Numbered from the whole stretch's first letter, positions 44,689-55,172 are shown. The stretch is DNA of 63,439 bases, filler included, from 6 parts of 6 records of this genome joined end to end with filler, not necessarily neighbours in it; one strand, 5' to 3'. Made by a program: numbers and translations. Notes: generated by a model from the letters alone, not told the origin.

Positions 44689-44810
44689 TTCATCACCGCC
44701 GACCGACAGATTTCTGATTGTTTCCGGTCATATCTTTTTATTTATAGTGTAATGGCATTATTCCGGCGGCGCCAGTGTTTTGACAGAAGAAAACGATTCG
44801 GGAGTTACAT

Positions 44811-46148
44811 ATGGGAGACGGAAGATATTATTCAGCTCATCAGTTTATCAGCACCGCTCTTCTCATCCTTCTGACGGCGTTGACGGTGTCTTTAACAGTC
44901 TACAGCTACTATAGACGCAAGAGCGCAGAAGGCGGCAAAACGATTACGGCAGCGCTATCCCTGGCCGTATTTTTTGCATTTTTGCGTCTGCTTGAAACGG
45001 TTTGCCCCGGCCCTATGGCACCGTTCGTACTGCGCTATGCCTCCACCGTCACTACACTAGGCGTTTTTTTAACGCTGGGATTTTTCTTTGCCGTATTTAT
45101 CAATCCCATTATTAAGCATTCACCGAACAAATGGCAAAAACAGTGCGGTTATGCCGTCTTAATCGTACTGCCTGTTACATCTTTCAGCGTGGCCGGGCTT
45201 TTAACAAACGGCCGTCTTCTGATCGACACATACGACTATTTCAGCCCGGAATATACAACGGCATATATACTGGCGTTGGCTGTCATTGCCTGTGCCACCA
45301 CGGCTGCTTTTATTTTCTCGTTATTGTCCGGCCGGCGCTTTGCCACCATGCCGCGTAAAACAGCACTGTTTATCACCGCTTACTTTATCCTAACGCTGCT
45401 GCTGTACATCACGGCTATCATTATAAAAATTCAATTCATTGATTATGTGGAATATGCCGTCCACATCGCCTGCGCTTTTCTTTGTCTGGCCGTTATTTAT
45501 AACAGCGCCCCCTTTGGGTTTTCAGCACGTGTCTTTGACAAGCTCGGCGATATGCTTACCGACCTGGTCTTTGTAACAGACAAGGACGGGATGATTATCT
45601 ATAAAAACGCCCAGGCGCGAAGCGCCCCGTTCGTTGCTGATGCGCAGACGTTGGACCTGCGTGACCTTGCCCTTGTTTTTCAGGGGCCGGCAGCCGTTCA
45701 GGCCGACGCACATGGGCACCGGTTCATACAGCTAACGCGGGGCAACCGAAAGCTTTATTTTACCTACCAACACAAGCCGCTTGAAAGCGGGACCGAGATG
45801 CTCGGCCATGTCGTGACGCTCACCGATATCACACGGCTGATGGAATTGGCCGGGGAGCTCGAGCTAGAACAAAAGCGCGCGGAGGCAACGAACAGCCGGC
45901 TGCGCCATTACTCCCAGGTCGTTTATCATGTTGAAAAGGAGCGGCATATCAGCTCCTTGCTGGAGGAGATTCTTGCCGCCCGAGAAAAATCAATTCAACT
46001 GCTCATTGCGAAAATAAACGAACTGGGCCTGACGGCCGATGACAGCGCGTTTGAAAAAAGGCTGGACGAAACGCTGAAACTCAGTAAAGATATCCTCTCC
46101 GAGGTACGGCAGACCGTAACGGCTTACAGGGACTACTATGGAGGATAA
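44811..46148 (+). CDS. Membrane sensor-like protein with PAS region and degenerate HisKA_3-like helix, no ATPase domain
   Basis: About 7 TM segments, VFVTDKDGMIIYKN...LTDIT PAS-like region, coiled-coil C-terminus with no H-box. Confidence 0.65.
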   Translation: MGDGRYYSAHQFISTALLILLTALTVSLTVYSYYRRKSAEGGKTITAALSLAVFFAFLRLLETVCPGPMAPFVLRYASTVTTLGVFLTLGFFFAVFINPIIKHSPNKWQKQCGYAVLIVLPVTSFSVAGLLTNGRLLIDTYDYFSPEYTTAYILALAVIACATTAAFIFSLLSGRRFATMPRKTALFITAYFILTLLLYITAIIIKIQFIDYVEYAVHIACAFLCLAVIYNSAPFGFSARVFDKLGDMLTDLVFVTDKDGMIIYKNAQARSAPFVADAQTLDLRDLALVFQGPAAVQADAHGHRFIQLTRGNRKLYFTYQHKPLESGTEMLGHVVTLTDITRLMELAGELELEQKRAEATNSRLRHYSQVVYHVEKERHISSLLEEILAAREKSIQLLIAKINELGLTADDSAFEKRLDETLKLSKDILSEVRQTVTAYRDYYGG

Positions 46149-46152
46149 ATAC

Positions 46153-46788
46153 ATGATCAGTGTTGTAATTGCGGACGATCAGCTTCTCTTACGAGAATCG
46201 CTTAAATTCATACTGGATAACGATGAGGAAATCCGCGTCGTCGGCACAGCCGGGAACGGCCGCGAAGCGGTCGACCTCTGCGTGCGGCTTCAGCCGGATG
46301 TCGTTCTCATGGACGTCGGCATGCCCGAGCTCGACGGCGTCGGCGCGACCAAAGCGGTTAAGGAGCAATGCCCCCGTACCAAAGTCATCATCCTTACGAC
46401 GTTTGAAGACCCGGACAGCATTATCGAGGCTTTCCTCTCCAATGCCGACGGCTATATCGTCAAGAACATCAGCCATACGGACCTTGTTTTAACAGTCAAA
46501 TGCGTGTCCGGCGGCCTGACCGTCATTGACGAGAGCGTGCGGTGTATCATCATCGATAAATTCAAGCGTCTGTCGGGCTGCCGGGCCGAGGTACGGGAGA
46601 CGCTCAGCGACAAAGAACTGGAGCTCATCCGGCTCATCGCCGCCGGGAAAAACAACCGGGAAATTGCCGCGCTTTTAAGCTATTCCGAGGGCACGATCAA
46701 AAACCATGTGAGCAAGCTTTACGACAAGCTCGGCGTTTCCGACCGGATGCAAATCGCGATTTTTGCTCTGGAAAACGGGATCATGTAA
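46153..46788 (+). CDS. NarL/LuxR family response regulator
   Basis: IADDQ, LMDVGMPELDG, LTTF, SEGTIKNHVSKLYDKLG; ATG at 46153 with GGAGG RBS. Confidence 0.92.
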   Translation: MISVVIADDQLLLRESLKFILDNDEEIRVVGTAGNGREAVDLCVRLQPDVVLMDVGMPELDGVGATKAVKEQCPRTKVIILTTFEDPDSIIEAFLSNADGYIVKNISHTDLVLTVKCVSGGLTVIDESVRCIIIDKFKRLSGCRAEVRETLSDKELELIRLIAAGKNNREIAALLSYSEGTIKNHVSKLYDKLGVSDRMQIAIFALENGIM

Positions 46789-46794
46789 AACGCT

Positions 46795-48498
46795 ATGACG
46801 ATTACCGACAGTATTAAAACCGAAATTGCCTTTATCACGATGCTGAATTTTGCCGCACTGGCAATCAACATTGCTGTTTTCATGCTGCTTTTTATTAAGG
46901 CCAATAAAAATGCGTCCTTAAAGGCCTTTTTCATTGTTCAGCTGTCCATGATCATTTGGCTGACCGGAAAAATAATGAAAACAACCGCGCCGACGGAGGG
47001 ACTGCGCTGGCTGTCTATTGTCGCGTATTATGCTGGCATCTGCCTTCTGGAAGCCGCTTTTCTTGATTTCTCTTACCTTTACAGCCAGGGCCGTCCTTTG
47101 AAAAAGCCAATTCGCATCGCGATCTATACGCTGGCACTTTTCCAGTTCGCCATCGTAGCAACCAATCCGTACCACCATTTGTTCTACAGCCAGTACACCT
47201 TTCAGTCGGACGAGTTCGGGGTGCTTTTTTACGTGCACGTCGTCATTGAATACAGCTTCATCCTGACAGGCCTGTTTTACTGCCGCGTTAAGTTCCGGCG
47301 TCAGGTTGACAGCCTGGCAAGGCTACAGCGGCATCTCATCAGCGCAGCCATATTACTGCCGATATTTCTAAACCTCATCTACATTTCGCGTTTTCTGGAA
47401 AAGGTTTTCGACGCCATCGGCCTGCCCATCTTCGACATCACTCCCATCATTTTCACCTGGTCACTGCTTACATTCTTATACGCAACCTATAAGTATCAGT
47501 TTTTCAGCCTGACGCCTATCCTCAAACACGAGATCGCGCACCGGCTGGATACGTCTGTACTCATTATTAATGACGGCGGTAAAATTCTTTTTGCCAACGA
47601 ACGGCTGCAACTCGAGCTTAATACCGAACGCGATCCCGGCGCGCTGGCGCTGCTGGCTTCACAAATCGACTGCAGTAAGCCCGGCTGCGATTTCAGCATC
47701 TGCTTTGGCGAGAAGTATTTTATTTACAGCATCAGCGCCGTCAGGACGCCCGGCGGTCTTATATACATTGCTGCCTTTAACGACATAACGGCCTACCAAA
47801 AAACACAGGACGAGCTCGCTGAACAAAACCGGCGGCTTGAAGCGGCCAACGTTAAGCTGGAAAATCAGATTGCTCTGCTTAAGCAGACCTCGCAGACGGG
47901 CGCGAGAAATTATATAGCCCGGGAACTCCACGATATTGTTGGCCATTCGCTCGTTGTGACCATGAAACTCTTGGAGGTCTGTAAACTAGACCGCGGCCAG
48001 GACCGGGACAGGGTCCGCGGCGTTCTGAAAAAAGCAGGCCAGAGCGTGCAGACAGGCCTGGAGCAGATCAAAAACCTTTCGGCACAAACTGAACCGACGG
48101 CGGCGTATGACTCGGTTTATCTGCAAAGAGAGCTCCGACGCATGCTGAAGGTTATTGAGGTTGGGGGCATACAGGTCAACTCCTACTTCAGGGGCAAGGC
48201 CGATCGTATCGACGGAACGGTTTTTGACACGCTCCAAAAAACCTCCACAGAGCTTGTAACAAACACACTCAAGCATTCCCGGGCAACCAGCATCCTGATG
48301 TCCGTTACCTACAGTAAACACGATATTCAGGTGCGTTACATGGATAACGGCATAGGTGTCGCCACCATTGTAAAGGGCAACGGGCTTTCAGGTATAGACA
48401 CCCGGCTTGAAGCCGTCGGCGGTTCGGCCGAATATACATCAGGCGTCAGCGAGGGCTTTTCCGCCGTCATTTCCATCCCATTTAAGGCCACAAGCTGA
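46795..48498 (+). CDS. Histidine kinase (HisKA_7TM N-terminus, HisKA_3 core)
   Basis: TNPYHHLFY, DITP, RNYIARELHDIVGHSL, ELVTNTLKHS, DNGIG, GNGLSGI. Confidence 0.9.
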   Translation: MTITDSIKTEIAFITMLNFAALAINIAVFMLLFIKANKNASLKAFFIVQLSMIIWLTGKIMKTTAPTEGLRWLSIVAYYAGICLLEAAFLDFSYLYSQGRPLKKPIRIAIYTLALFQFAIVATNPYHHLFYSQYTFQSDEFGVLFYVHVVIEYSFILTGLFYCRVKFRRQVDSLARLQRHLISAAILLPIFLNLIYISRFLEKVFDAIGLPIFDITPIIFTWSLLTFLYATYKYQFFSLTPILKHEIAHRLDTSVLIINDGGKILFANERLQLELNTERDPGALALLASQIDCSKPGCDFSICFGEKYFIYSISAVRTPGGLIYIAAFNDITAYQKTQDELAEQNRRLEAANVKLENQIALLKQTSQTGARNYIARELHDIVGHSLVVTMKLLEVCKLDRGQDRDRVRGVLKKAGQSVQTGLEQIKNLSAQTEPTAAYDSVYLQRELRRMLKVIEVGGIQVNSYFRGKADRIDGTVFDTLQKTSTELVTNTLKHSRATSILMSVTYSKHDIQVRYMDNGIGVATIVKGNGLSGIDTRLEAVGGSAEYTSGVSEGFSAVISIPFKATS

Positions 48499-48546
48499 AT
48501 CGACATGGGTATGACCAGCAGACAAAAGCAGACCGTTTTATAGCCG

Positions 48547-48576
48547 GTGGTCACTTGAAGAAGTGACCGCTTTTTA
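48547..48576 (+). terminator. Terminator after the kinase
   Basis: GTGGTCACTT-gaag-AAGTGACCGC then TTTTT. Confidence 0.7.
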
Positions 48577-48746
48577 TTGTTTCGGGCCGCCTATTCTTTT
48601 ATGCTTGGTTTGTATCAGGCAATTATACGGCAAACATCTCATATACAAAACTGTTAAGATGCCCTGAAACAGCCTGACGATATCATCCACAACGCCGCAG
48701 AGCTATTCCAGACTGACGGCGCACCATCAAAGAAGGAGCTATTATT

Positions 48747-49643
48747 ATGAAAAAAGCCATTGCATTGTTAATTGTCGCGCTGCTGGTCCTGGCCATCACG
48801 GCCTGCGGCCCCAAAAGCGGCGACGCCGCCGAACCGTCTGCCGCCAGCGAAAGCACCGCCCCCGTCTCATCCGAGCCCAACGCCCCGGAGACGACAGAGC
48901 CGGCTGAAACCGCCAATGCCAGCGAGCCGCAAGCGGAAGACGCCGCTGCGTTTGACGAAAGCCTTACCGACGGGGAGCTGATCGCATCCTTATCCTCGCT
49001 TCCCACTGAAATGCCCAAAAATCTCATGCTGGAAACCGAGTCTGATGCTTACGGGATGACAACTAAAACCGTTACTTATTACAGCGGCGAGAACTTTAGA
49101 ATAGAAAACCAGACGGAAGCTGGCACCAGCATCATGATCTACAATGCCGACGAGGGCGCTACATATCAGTACATGGAGGGGCAGACGACGGGCACCGTCA
49201 TGTATGACGGCGAGGACGAGGATTATTACGATGACGAAGATTACGGCGACATGGGCATGGATGCCGAAGCCGAGGATTTTTCCGCCATTCTTAGCGACTA
49301 CGGCGATAACATTACCGCCCGGATTGAAACCCTGAATGGCGAAAAGGTTATCTACATCGAGGTGCTCACCAGCGAAGAGGGCCTGAATGCAACCATGAAA
49401 ATGTGGTATTCTACCGAATACCTTGTCCCCCTGAAAACCGAGATGGTATCGGGCGGCGAGGTAGTGGTGTCCTCTGTCGTTACCAAAATAGACGCGTCCA
49501 AGCTGGATGACAGCCTCTTCAAAGCCCCCGCCGGCGTGGAATTTACAGGCTTTTCTATGGACGACATGTTCGACATGGGCGATATCGACATGGGTGATTA
49601 CGATATGGGCGAATTCGATATGAGCGACATGGTCGGAAATTAG
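48747..49643 (+). CDS. Acidic lipoprotein, possible LolA/DUF4412-like fold
   Basis: Lipobox ITAC, Ala/Pro/Glu linker, KMWYS...PLK and LDDSLFKAP motifs; AAGGAG RBS. Confidence 0.7.
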   Translation: MKKAIALLIVALLVLAITACGPKSGDAAEPSAASESTAPVSSEPNAPETTEPAETANASEPQAEDAAAFDESLTDGELIASLSSLPTEMPKNLMLETESDAYGMTTKTVTYYSGENFRIENQTEAGTSIMIYNADEGATYQYMEGQTTGTVMYDGEDEDYYDDEDYGDMGMDAEAEDFSAILSDYGDNITARIETLNGEKVIYIEVLTSEEGLNATMKMWYSTEYLVPLKTEMVSGGEVVVSSVVTKIDASKLDDSLFKAPAGVEFTGFSMDDMFDMGDIDMGDYDMGEFDMSDMVGN

Positions 49644-49674
49644 ACAACGGCTCAATAGCGCAGAACAGCAACAC

Positions 49675-49721
49675 AAAACGCAGCGGAAGCAAGGCTTCGG
49701 GCCTTAATCCGCTGCGTTTTT
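49675..49721. terminator. Bidirectional terminator between convergent genes
   Basis: AAAACGCAGCGGA...TCCGCTGCGTTTT. Confidence 0.8.
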
Positions 49722-49780
49722 CTATCTACACCAGGCTACACCCGCACTTTGCTAAAGCCGCCTTTATCCGGGTCCAATGT

Positions 49781-51710
49781 TCAGCGCGCTTCGACCGCTT
49801 CAATAAACGCCGTCGGGTCTATGATCTTGTTGCCGTCCCCGTCCGTATATGCACTGTCAAAAAGAAGCGTTACGATCTCATCATTCGTCATCGACGGGTC
49901 AACCTGCCAGCCAAGCGCCAGTACACCGGCAGCATACGGTATACCCCAGCTCAAACCGCCCTGTCCCGTGTACTGAAAGGTGTTATGGTCAGGGCTGTAA
50001 GCCTCTGCGGTTGACCGGAAAGATGTCGGAACATAGATCGTATCAGTAAACATCCGCTCGGCTTCAATGTTTGGATATCCAATTGTAAAGCCCGTAACAT
50101 CCTCGGGCGCTGACGGATCGTAATAGCCGGGCGTGATGATGCCCGTATCATAGCCAATCCTGCAGTCCAGCACTAAAATGCCCTCGGCCTGCGCCTCGGC
50201 GACAGCCGCGTCCCACATGTCAAGGTTTTTCGTAAACAGCGAACCGTCGCCGGAGGGCGCGCCGGATATGGAGACGACGCGAATCTTATCGTCCGACGGA
50301 AGCGTTTGGTTGACGTCAATAATCCAGCGCAGCGCATCGGCATAGTAGGCGCTGTCCCTTGTCCACGAAGGCGCTGCGGCATAATACAGCTCCGCATCCG
50401 GGGCAACGCCGCAGGTCTGCCCGACGAGCAGACTCGCCACGGCCGGGCCGTGCATGGAGCCCCGATTTTCCGTCTGACCGGTACCCACATCTGTATAAGC
50501 CGCAATGTTGTCGGCAAATTCCGGATGGAACGGCTGTGCAAGGTTTTGGTCAATGATGGCGACGTTGACGCCCGCGCCGGTAATACCGCGCGTGTTCAGC
50601 TCACGGACGCCGAGGCCGGGATTTTTGCCGTTTTCCAGCACCTCGGCGGCCAGGCTCTCATATCCCGGAAATTCCGTGTCCTCGTTAAACCAGAACGTCA
50701 TAATATCGTCAGGGCTGAAGTTGCCGGCCGATATCACGAGATTTTCTTCGTTTCTAACATACAGGCCGGGAAACTGGCGTACGTCGCTGTATGGGGCAAT
50801 CATCACAGTGGCATCTGTCGTTAGTCCGGGCTCAGGCGACGCCGACGCGTCTTCTGTTTCCGCGGCGCTCGGGGCAAGCTGTTCATCTTTGTAAGCTTGC
50901 GTCGTTGTTTCCTCGCTTTCAGCCCCGATCATGCACGAGGCCGTCATGGCTACAAGCGTGAGCGAAAACGCCAGCGCCAATGAAAATGCCGCCGCGCGCC
51001 GCGCGGGCCTGCGGTAATCCATAATGCGCTCCAGGCGTTTTTTCAGCCCCTGCAGGGGCGCGGCAAACGCTGTTAACAGCCCGTCTGCGCAGCCGGCGGA
51101 GCGGCCGAGCACGTTTAAAATGGTCCGTCCGTAAAACCGGCGCTGCGCTTCATCCATGCCTGAAACGACTAGCTCGTCACAGGAAAGCTCGCAGTAAACG
51201 TCCAGCTCCCGGCGCAACACATATGTCGCCGGATTAAACCAATGCACGCCGTTAGCCACAAACGCCAGAAGCTTAAGCCAGATGTCCCGTCGTTTCAAAT
51301 GCGTGAGCTCATGATACAAAATAACGCGCAGCTCATGATCATCCAACGTCACTTCAGGCAATATCAAAACGCTGTTAAAAATCCCCGTCAGCATCGGCGA
51401 CGACACCAGCGAATTGGACACAAGCTTCATCGGCCGCCGGATCTTCAGCGCCTGACGGCATGTTTTTAGCTGGTCCAGCGTCTTTTCGTCCTCCACCGGC
51501 AGATTCGTCCGCTTCATTTTACGCTGGAACCGGATCTGACGAATCATGCCGGCAGCCAGAAACACACCCGCCCCGGCAAGCCAAACACCGGGCAGATACC
51601 CAAGGATATTGTGCAGCCCCAGGCCTTGCGCGGCGGTCGCCGTTGCCCTGGCGGCGTCTTGCTGCGTTTCATCCGGGCCACCGGATTGTCCCGCGGCGTT
51701 CTGCACAGGC
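49781..51710 (-). CDS. BlaR1/MecR1-type M56 peptidase fused to an S8 subtilase-like domain (5' truncated)
   Basis: SPMLTG, HELTHLKRRD, HWFNP, ELSCDE; then VAIIDQ, HGPAVASL, GGLSWGIPY triad motifs. Confidence 0.8.
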
Positions 51711-51810
51711 NNNNNNNNNNNNNNNNNNNNNNNNNNNNNNNNNNNNNNNNNNNNTTAATTAATTAANNNNNNNNNNNNNNNNNNNNNNNNNNNNNNNNNN
51801 NNNNNNNNNN
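51711..51810. other. Contig-join spacer
   Basis: N run with TTAATTAATTAA. Confidence 0.98.
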
Positions 51811-52108
51811 CAGCGAAAGGGACATAAAAAGCGGGCTGTGGAATTATTGGATTGGATAACAAAACAGTCATCCCGGAATGCGGAAATGATCCCTGAAAAC
51901 TTTAGTGTAAATAAAGCTTATTATAAAGGTGCTTATCCTGTTATAGGTATGGGGGCCGGCGCGTATATTCTGGCTGTTTTGGCTTTGTACAACTAGATAT
52001 GATTTTGTTTTTGGATGTGTAATAGGCGGAGGGGATAGATTGTTGCCTTTGAAAGAAAAAATTAGTATCAGGTTATAAACTGGCAAAAACTGCCAAAAGG
52101 ATGGTTGT

Positions 52109-53131
52109 ATGAAAGAGGCCATGTTTTATCAAAAACTGGATCAAAATCAACTGGTCTGCAATCTTTGCCCACATCAGTGCACCTTGTCCGATGGCAAAAT
52201 TGGTATATGCGGAGTGCGGCAGAACCAGTCTGGTGTTCTATATTCGCTTGTATATGAAAAGGCTATTGCCACGCATGTAGATCCTATAGAAAAAAAGCCT
52301 TTATTTCATGTTTATCCGGGGACAGATTCGTTTTCCATTGCCACGGTTGGCTGCAATTTTAAATGCGAATTTTGTCAAAACCATGACATTTCCCAAATAC
52401 CGAGAGAGGTAAAAGGGCGCCTTCCCGGTGATACCATCTCTGCTGAAAAAGTGGCTCAATTTGCAAAAAGATATGATTGCAAAACCATTGCATGTACATA
52501 TACGGAACCAACTATTTATTATGAATATGCTTTTGATATAGCCGTCAAAGCAAAGGAATATGATATTGACACAATCTTTGTTACCAATGGCTATACTAAT
52601 GAGGAGCCAATTCGACAGATTGCTCCTTACCTGACTGCGGCGAATGTAGATTTGAAAGGCTGGGATGAGGAGTTTTATAAACGGATGGTTGGCGGAAAAT
52701 TAAAGAGTGTACTTGCAACATTACGCCTGTTAAAGAAATTAGGCGTTTGGCTGGAAGTGACAACCCTGGTTGTGCCCGGATATGTCGATGATGAAAATAC
52801 TTTACGTGAAATAGCTTTATTTATAAAAAATGAGCTCGGTGCAGAAACACCCTGGCATATTTCCAGATTTTATCCTCAATATCATTGTATAGATTATTCA
52901 CCAACGTCTGTTTCTATCCTGAGGAGGGCCAGGGAAATCGGAGTGGAGGTTGGACTCCGGTATGTTTACAGCGGTAACGTACCCGGCGATGTGGGCGAGA
53001 ATACTTTTTGTTATTCCTGTGGTGAACTTTTAATTGACCGATATGGTTTTGAGGTTAAGTCTAATAAAATCAAAAACGAATTCTGCCCATTTTGCGGTGT
53101 TAAAATTGACGGCGTTGGGATGAGCTTTTGA
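52109..53131 (+). CDS. amrS: AmmeMemoRadiSam system radical SAM enzyme
   Basis: CNLCPHQC...GICGVR, DPIEKKPLFH, GCNFKCEFCQN (CxxxCxxC), YTEP, YVYSGNV. Confidence 0.9.
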   Translation: MKEAMFYQKLDQNQLVCNLCPHQCTLSDGKIGICGVRQNQSGVLYSLVYEKAIATHVDPIEKKPLFHVYPGTDSFSIATVGCNFKCEFCQNHDISQIPREVKGRLPGDTISAEKVAQFAKRYDCKTIACTYTEPTIYYEYAFDIAVKAKEYDIDTIFVTNGYTNEEPIRQIAPYLTAANVDLKGWDEEFYKRMVGGKLKSVLATLRLLKKLGVWLEVTTLVVPGYVDDENTLREIALFIKNELGAETPWHISRFYPQYHCIDYSPTSVSILRRAREIGVEVGLRYVYSGNVPGDVGENTFCYSCGELLIDRYGFEVKSNKIKNEFCPFCGVKIDGVGMSF

Positions 53132-53144
53132 AATAAAAAAAAGG

Positions 53145-53190
53145 TTGACTTTTTTAGGTATATATAGTATATTTCGCCAATCAACGAAAT
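53145..53190 (+). promoter_or_regulatory. ars promoter with candidate ArsR operator
   Basis: TTGACT at 53145, TAGTAT at 53165-53170 (spacing not canonical), then ATTTCG-N8-CGAAAT at 53171-53190. Confidence 0.6.
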
Positions 53191-53212
53191 GAAAATTTAA
53201 CTTGTGGTGATT

Positions 53213-53557
53213 ATGAGAAATCTGGTAAAAATATTCAAAGCTCTGTCGGATACCAATCGAATACGGATCCTAAAGATGCTTGAAATACGGCCATTATGTG
53301 TCTGTGAGATTACAAATATTCTGCAATTAGCTACATCAACTGTCTCAAAACATCTCTCCATTTTACGTGATGTGGAATTTATTTTGGATGAGAAAGACAG
53401 CAAATGGGTTAATTATTTTTTAAACAAATCTTCTCAGGATTTATATGTTCGGGATTTGTTGCCTTTAATTAAAAACTGGCTGCCGGACGATGACATTATC
53501 AGTCAGGATGCTGAGAAAGTGAGTGAAGTGGATCGTAATACGATTTGCGGGATTTAA
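53213..53557 (+). CDS. arsR: ArsR/SmtB family transcriptional repressor
   Basis: FKALSDTNRIRIL, LCVCEI, STVSKHL, C-terminal Cys. Confidence 0.9.
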   Translation: MRNLVKIFKALSDTNRIRILKMLEIRPLCVCEITNILQLATSTVSKHLSILRDVEFILDEKDSKWVNYFLNKSSQDLYVRDLLPLIKNWLPDDDIISQDAEKVSEVDRNTICGI

Positions 53558-53574
53558 AAAAATTTGTTTATTGT

Positions 53575-53594
53575 ATTTCGATAGTTGGCGAAAC
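53575..53594. promoter_or_regulatory. Second candidate ArsR operator
   Basis: ATTTCGATAGTTGGCGAAAC; reverse complement shares TTTCGCCAA and CGAAAT with 53171-53190. Confidence 0.6.
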
Positions 53595-53614
53595 GTAAGA
53601 GGGGTTGATGAAAG

Positions 53615-54916
53615 ATGAACTGGAAAGAAGAATATAAAAAGTTGTTGTGGGTTGTGGGGATATTTGCTGTTGCGTATTATTTACCTGTTGGATATGGACG
53701 TTTTGATCAGGCCATACATGAGTCACTGGCCCTGGTAAAATGGTACGCGCGCGAGCATGTTTTACTTTGTCTGGTTCCGGCATTTTTTATAGCCGGGGTT
53801 ATTAGTGTGTTTGTAAGTCAGGCCGCAGTTATTAAATATTTTGGCGCACAGACGAAAAAGTGGCTGGCGTATTTGGTGGCATCTGTGTCAGGAACGATTC
53901 TGGCTGTCTGTTCCTGTACTATATTACCCTTGTTCTCCGGTATCTATAAACGAGGCGCGGGTTTGGGACCGGCCATCGCCTTTTTGTATTCAGGTCCTGC
54001 AATAAATATTTTGGCCATTATTCTGACAGCGCGTATACTTGGCCTGGAAATGGGGATTGCCCGAATTTTAGGCGCTGTGACTTTTAGCGTCGTAATTGGC
54101 CTGATTATGAATTTTATTTATCGAAATGAAGAAAAAGAAAAAGCTGCAACGCAACTTGCCATGCCCGAGCCGGAAGAGATCCGTCCGCTCTGGCAGACCG
54201 CGTTTCATTTTTTTGTTCTCGTTGCCATTCTCGTTTTCGCAAACTGGGGCAAACCCGACCGTATGGAAGGTGCTTGGTTTTTTGTGTGGGCGAATAAATG
54301 GTGGATCACGTCCATTTTTGGCGTTCTGTTTGGTATTTCGCTCATAACTATTCTCAAGTTGGATAAAAAAGCTGTGGCGCTGGCAGCATTGCCTGTTATT
54401 GTCGTAGCACTGATGTTCCCTGGTAATCCATTACTGCCATTTGCGGTTGCTGTTTTAGTACTTAACATTCTTATCTCACGGGTGCCTGGTGAGCCACAGG
54501 AATGGATGTCTTCGACGTGGGGATTTGCCAAACAGATTTTACCACTTTTAGGTGCCGGTGTTTTGGTTGCCGGACTTTTACTGGGTTCACCAAACGGCGG
54601 CGAAGGATTGATTCCCAGTAGCTGGATTTCAGGTTTGGTTGGCGGTAATTCGGTTTTTGCCAACTTTTTTGCCTCTATCGTAGGTGCCTTTATGTATTTC
54701 GCTACATTGACAGAAGTGCCGATTTTGCAGGGATTGATTGCCAGCGGTATGGGTAAGGGACCGGCTCTGGCCCTGCTTCTTGCCGGTCCGGCATTATCCC
54801 TGCCAAATATGCTTGTCATACGGAGTGTTATTGGGACGCAAAAGACAGTTGTGTTTGTCTCTTTGGTTGTGATTATGGCGACTGTTAGTGGGCTTTTGTA
54901 CGGCTCACTATTTTAA
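53615..54916 (+). CDS. ArsP-like (DUF318) permease
   Basis: AVCSCTILP, FLYSGPAIN, MYFATLTEVP, GPALSLP. Confidence 0.85.
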   Translation: MNWKEEYKKLLWVVGIFAVAYYLPVGYGRFDQAIHESLALVKWYAREHVLLCLVPAFFIAGVISVFVSQAAVIKYFGAQTKKWLAYLVASVSGTILAVCSCTILPLFSGIYKRGAGLGPAIAFLYSGPAINILAIILTARILGLEMGIARILGAVTFSVVIGLIMNFIYRNEEKEKAATQLAMPEPEEIRPLWQTAFHFFVLVAILVFANWGKPDRMEGAWFFVWANKWWITSIFGVLFGISLITILKLDKKAVALAALPVIVVALMFPGNPLLPFAVAVLVLNILISRVPGEPQEWMSSTWGFAKQILPLLGAGVLVAGLLLGSPNGGEGLIPSSWISGLVGGNSVFANFFASIVGAFMYFATLTEVPILQGLIASGMGKGPALALLLAGPALSLPNMLVIRSVIGTQKTVVFVSLVVIMATVSGLLYGSLF

Positions 54917-55002
54917 TGAGGAGAAGGAACAAGTCAGGAATTCTGATATTATGCACCGGGAATTTCTGTCGCAGTCAGCAGTCAGAAGGATGTTTCAACT
55001 AA
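54916..55002 (+). pseudogene. arsC: Remnant of a thioredoxin-type arsenate reductase
   Basis: Hand translation MRRRNKSGILILCTGNFCRSQQSEGCFN*, matching the P-loop CTGNSCRSQMAEG, then a stop. Confidence 0.7.
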
Positions 55003-55172
55003 TTTGATCTCGCCCTCCTGTTTATTCTGATTGGGGCGTTGGTCACCTTTTACGCGCGTATTATAAAAAATGTATTCTCTCACTCAAGTCAAGCATTGTA
55101 ATATTTATATAGATCTAAAGGTTACAGGATAGCTTTTTCATATTAAAAATTAATAAAATAAGGAGGAGCATC

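Noticed and set aside
44811-48498. Calling the sensor trio VanRS
   Set aside because: Regulator is NarL-type and kinase is HisKA_3-type, unlike VanR and VanS.
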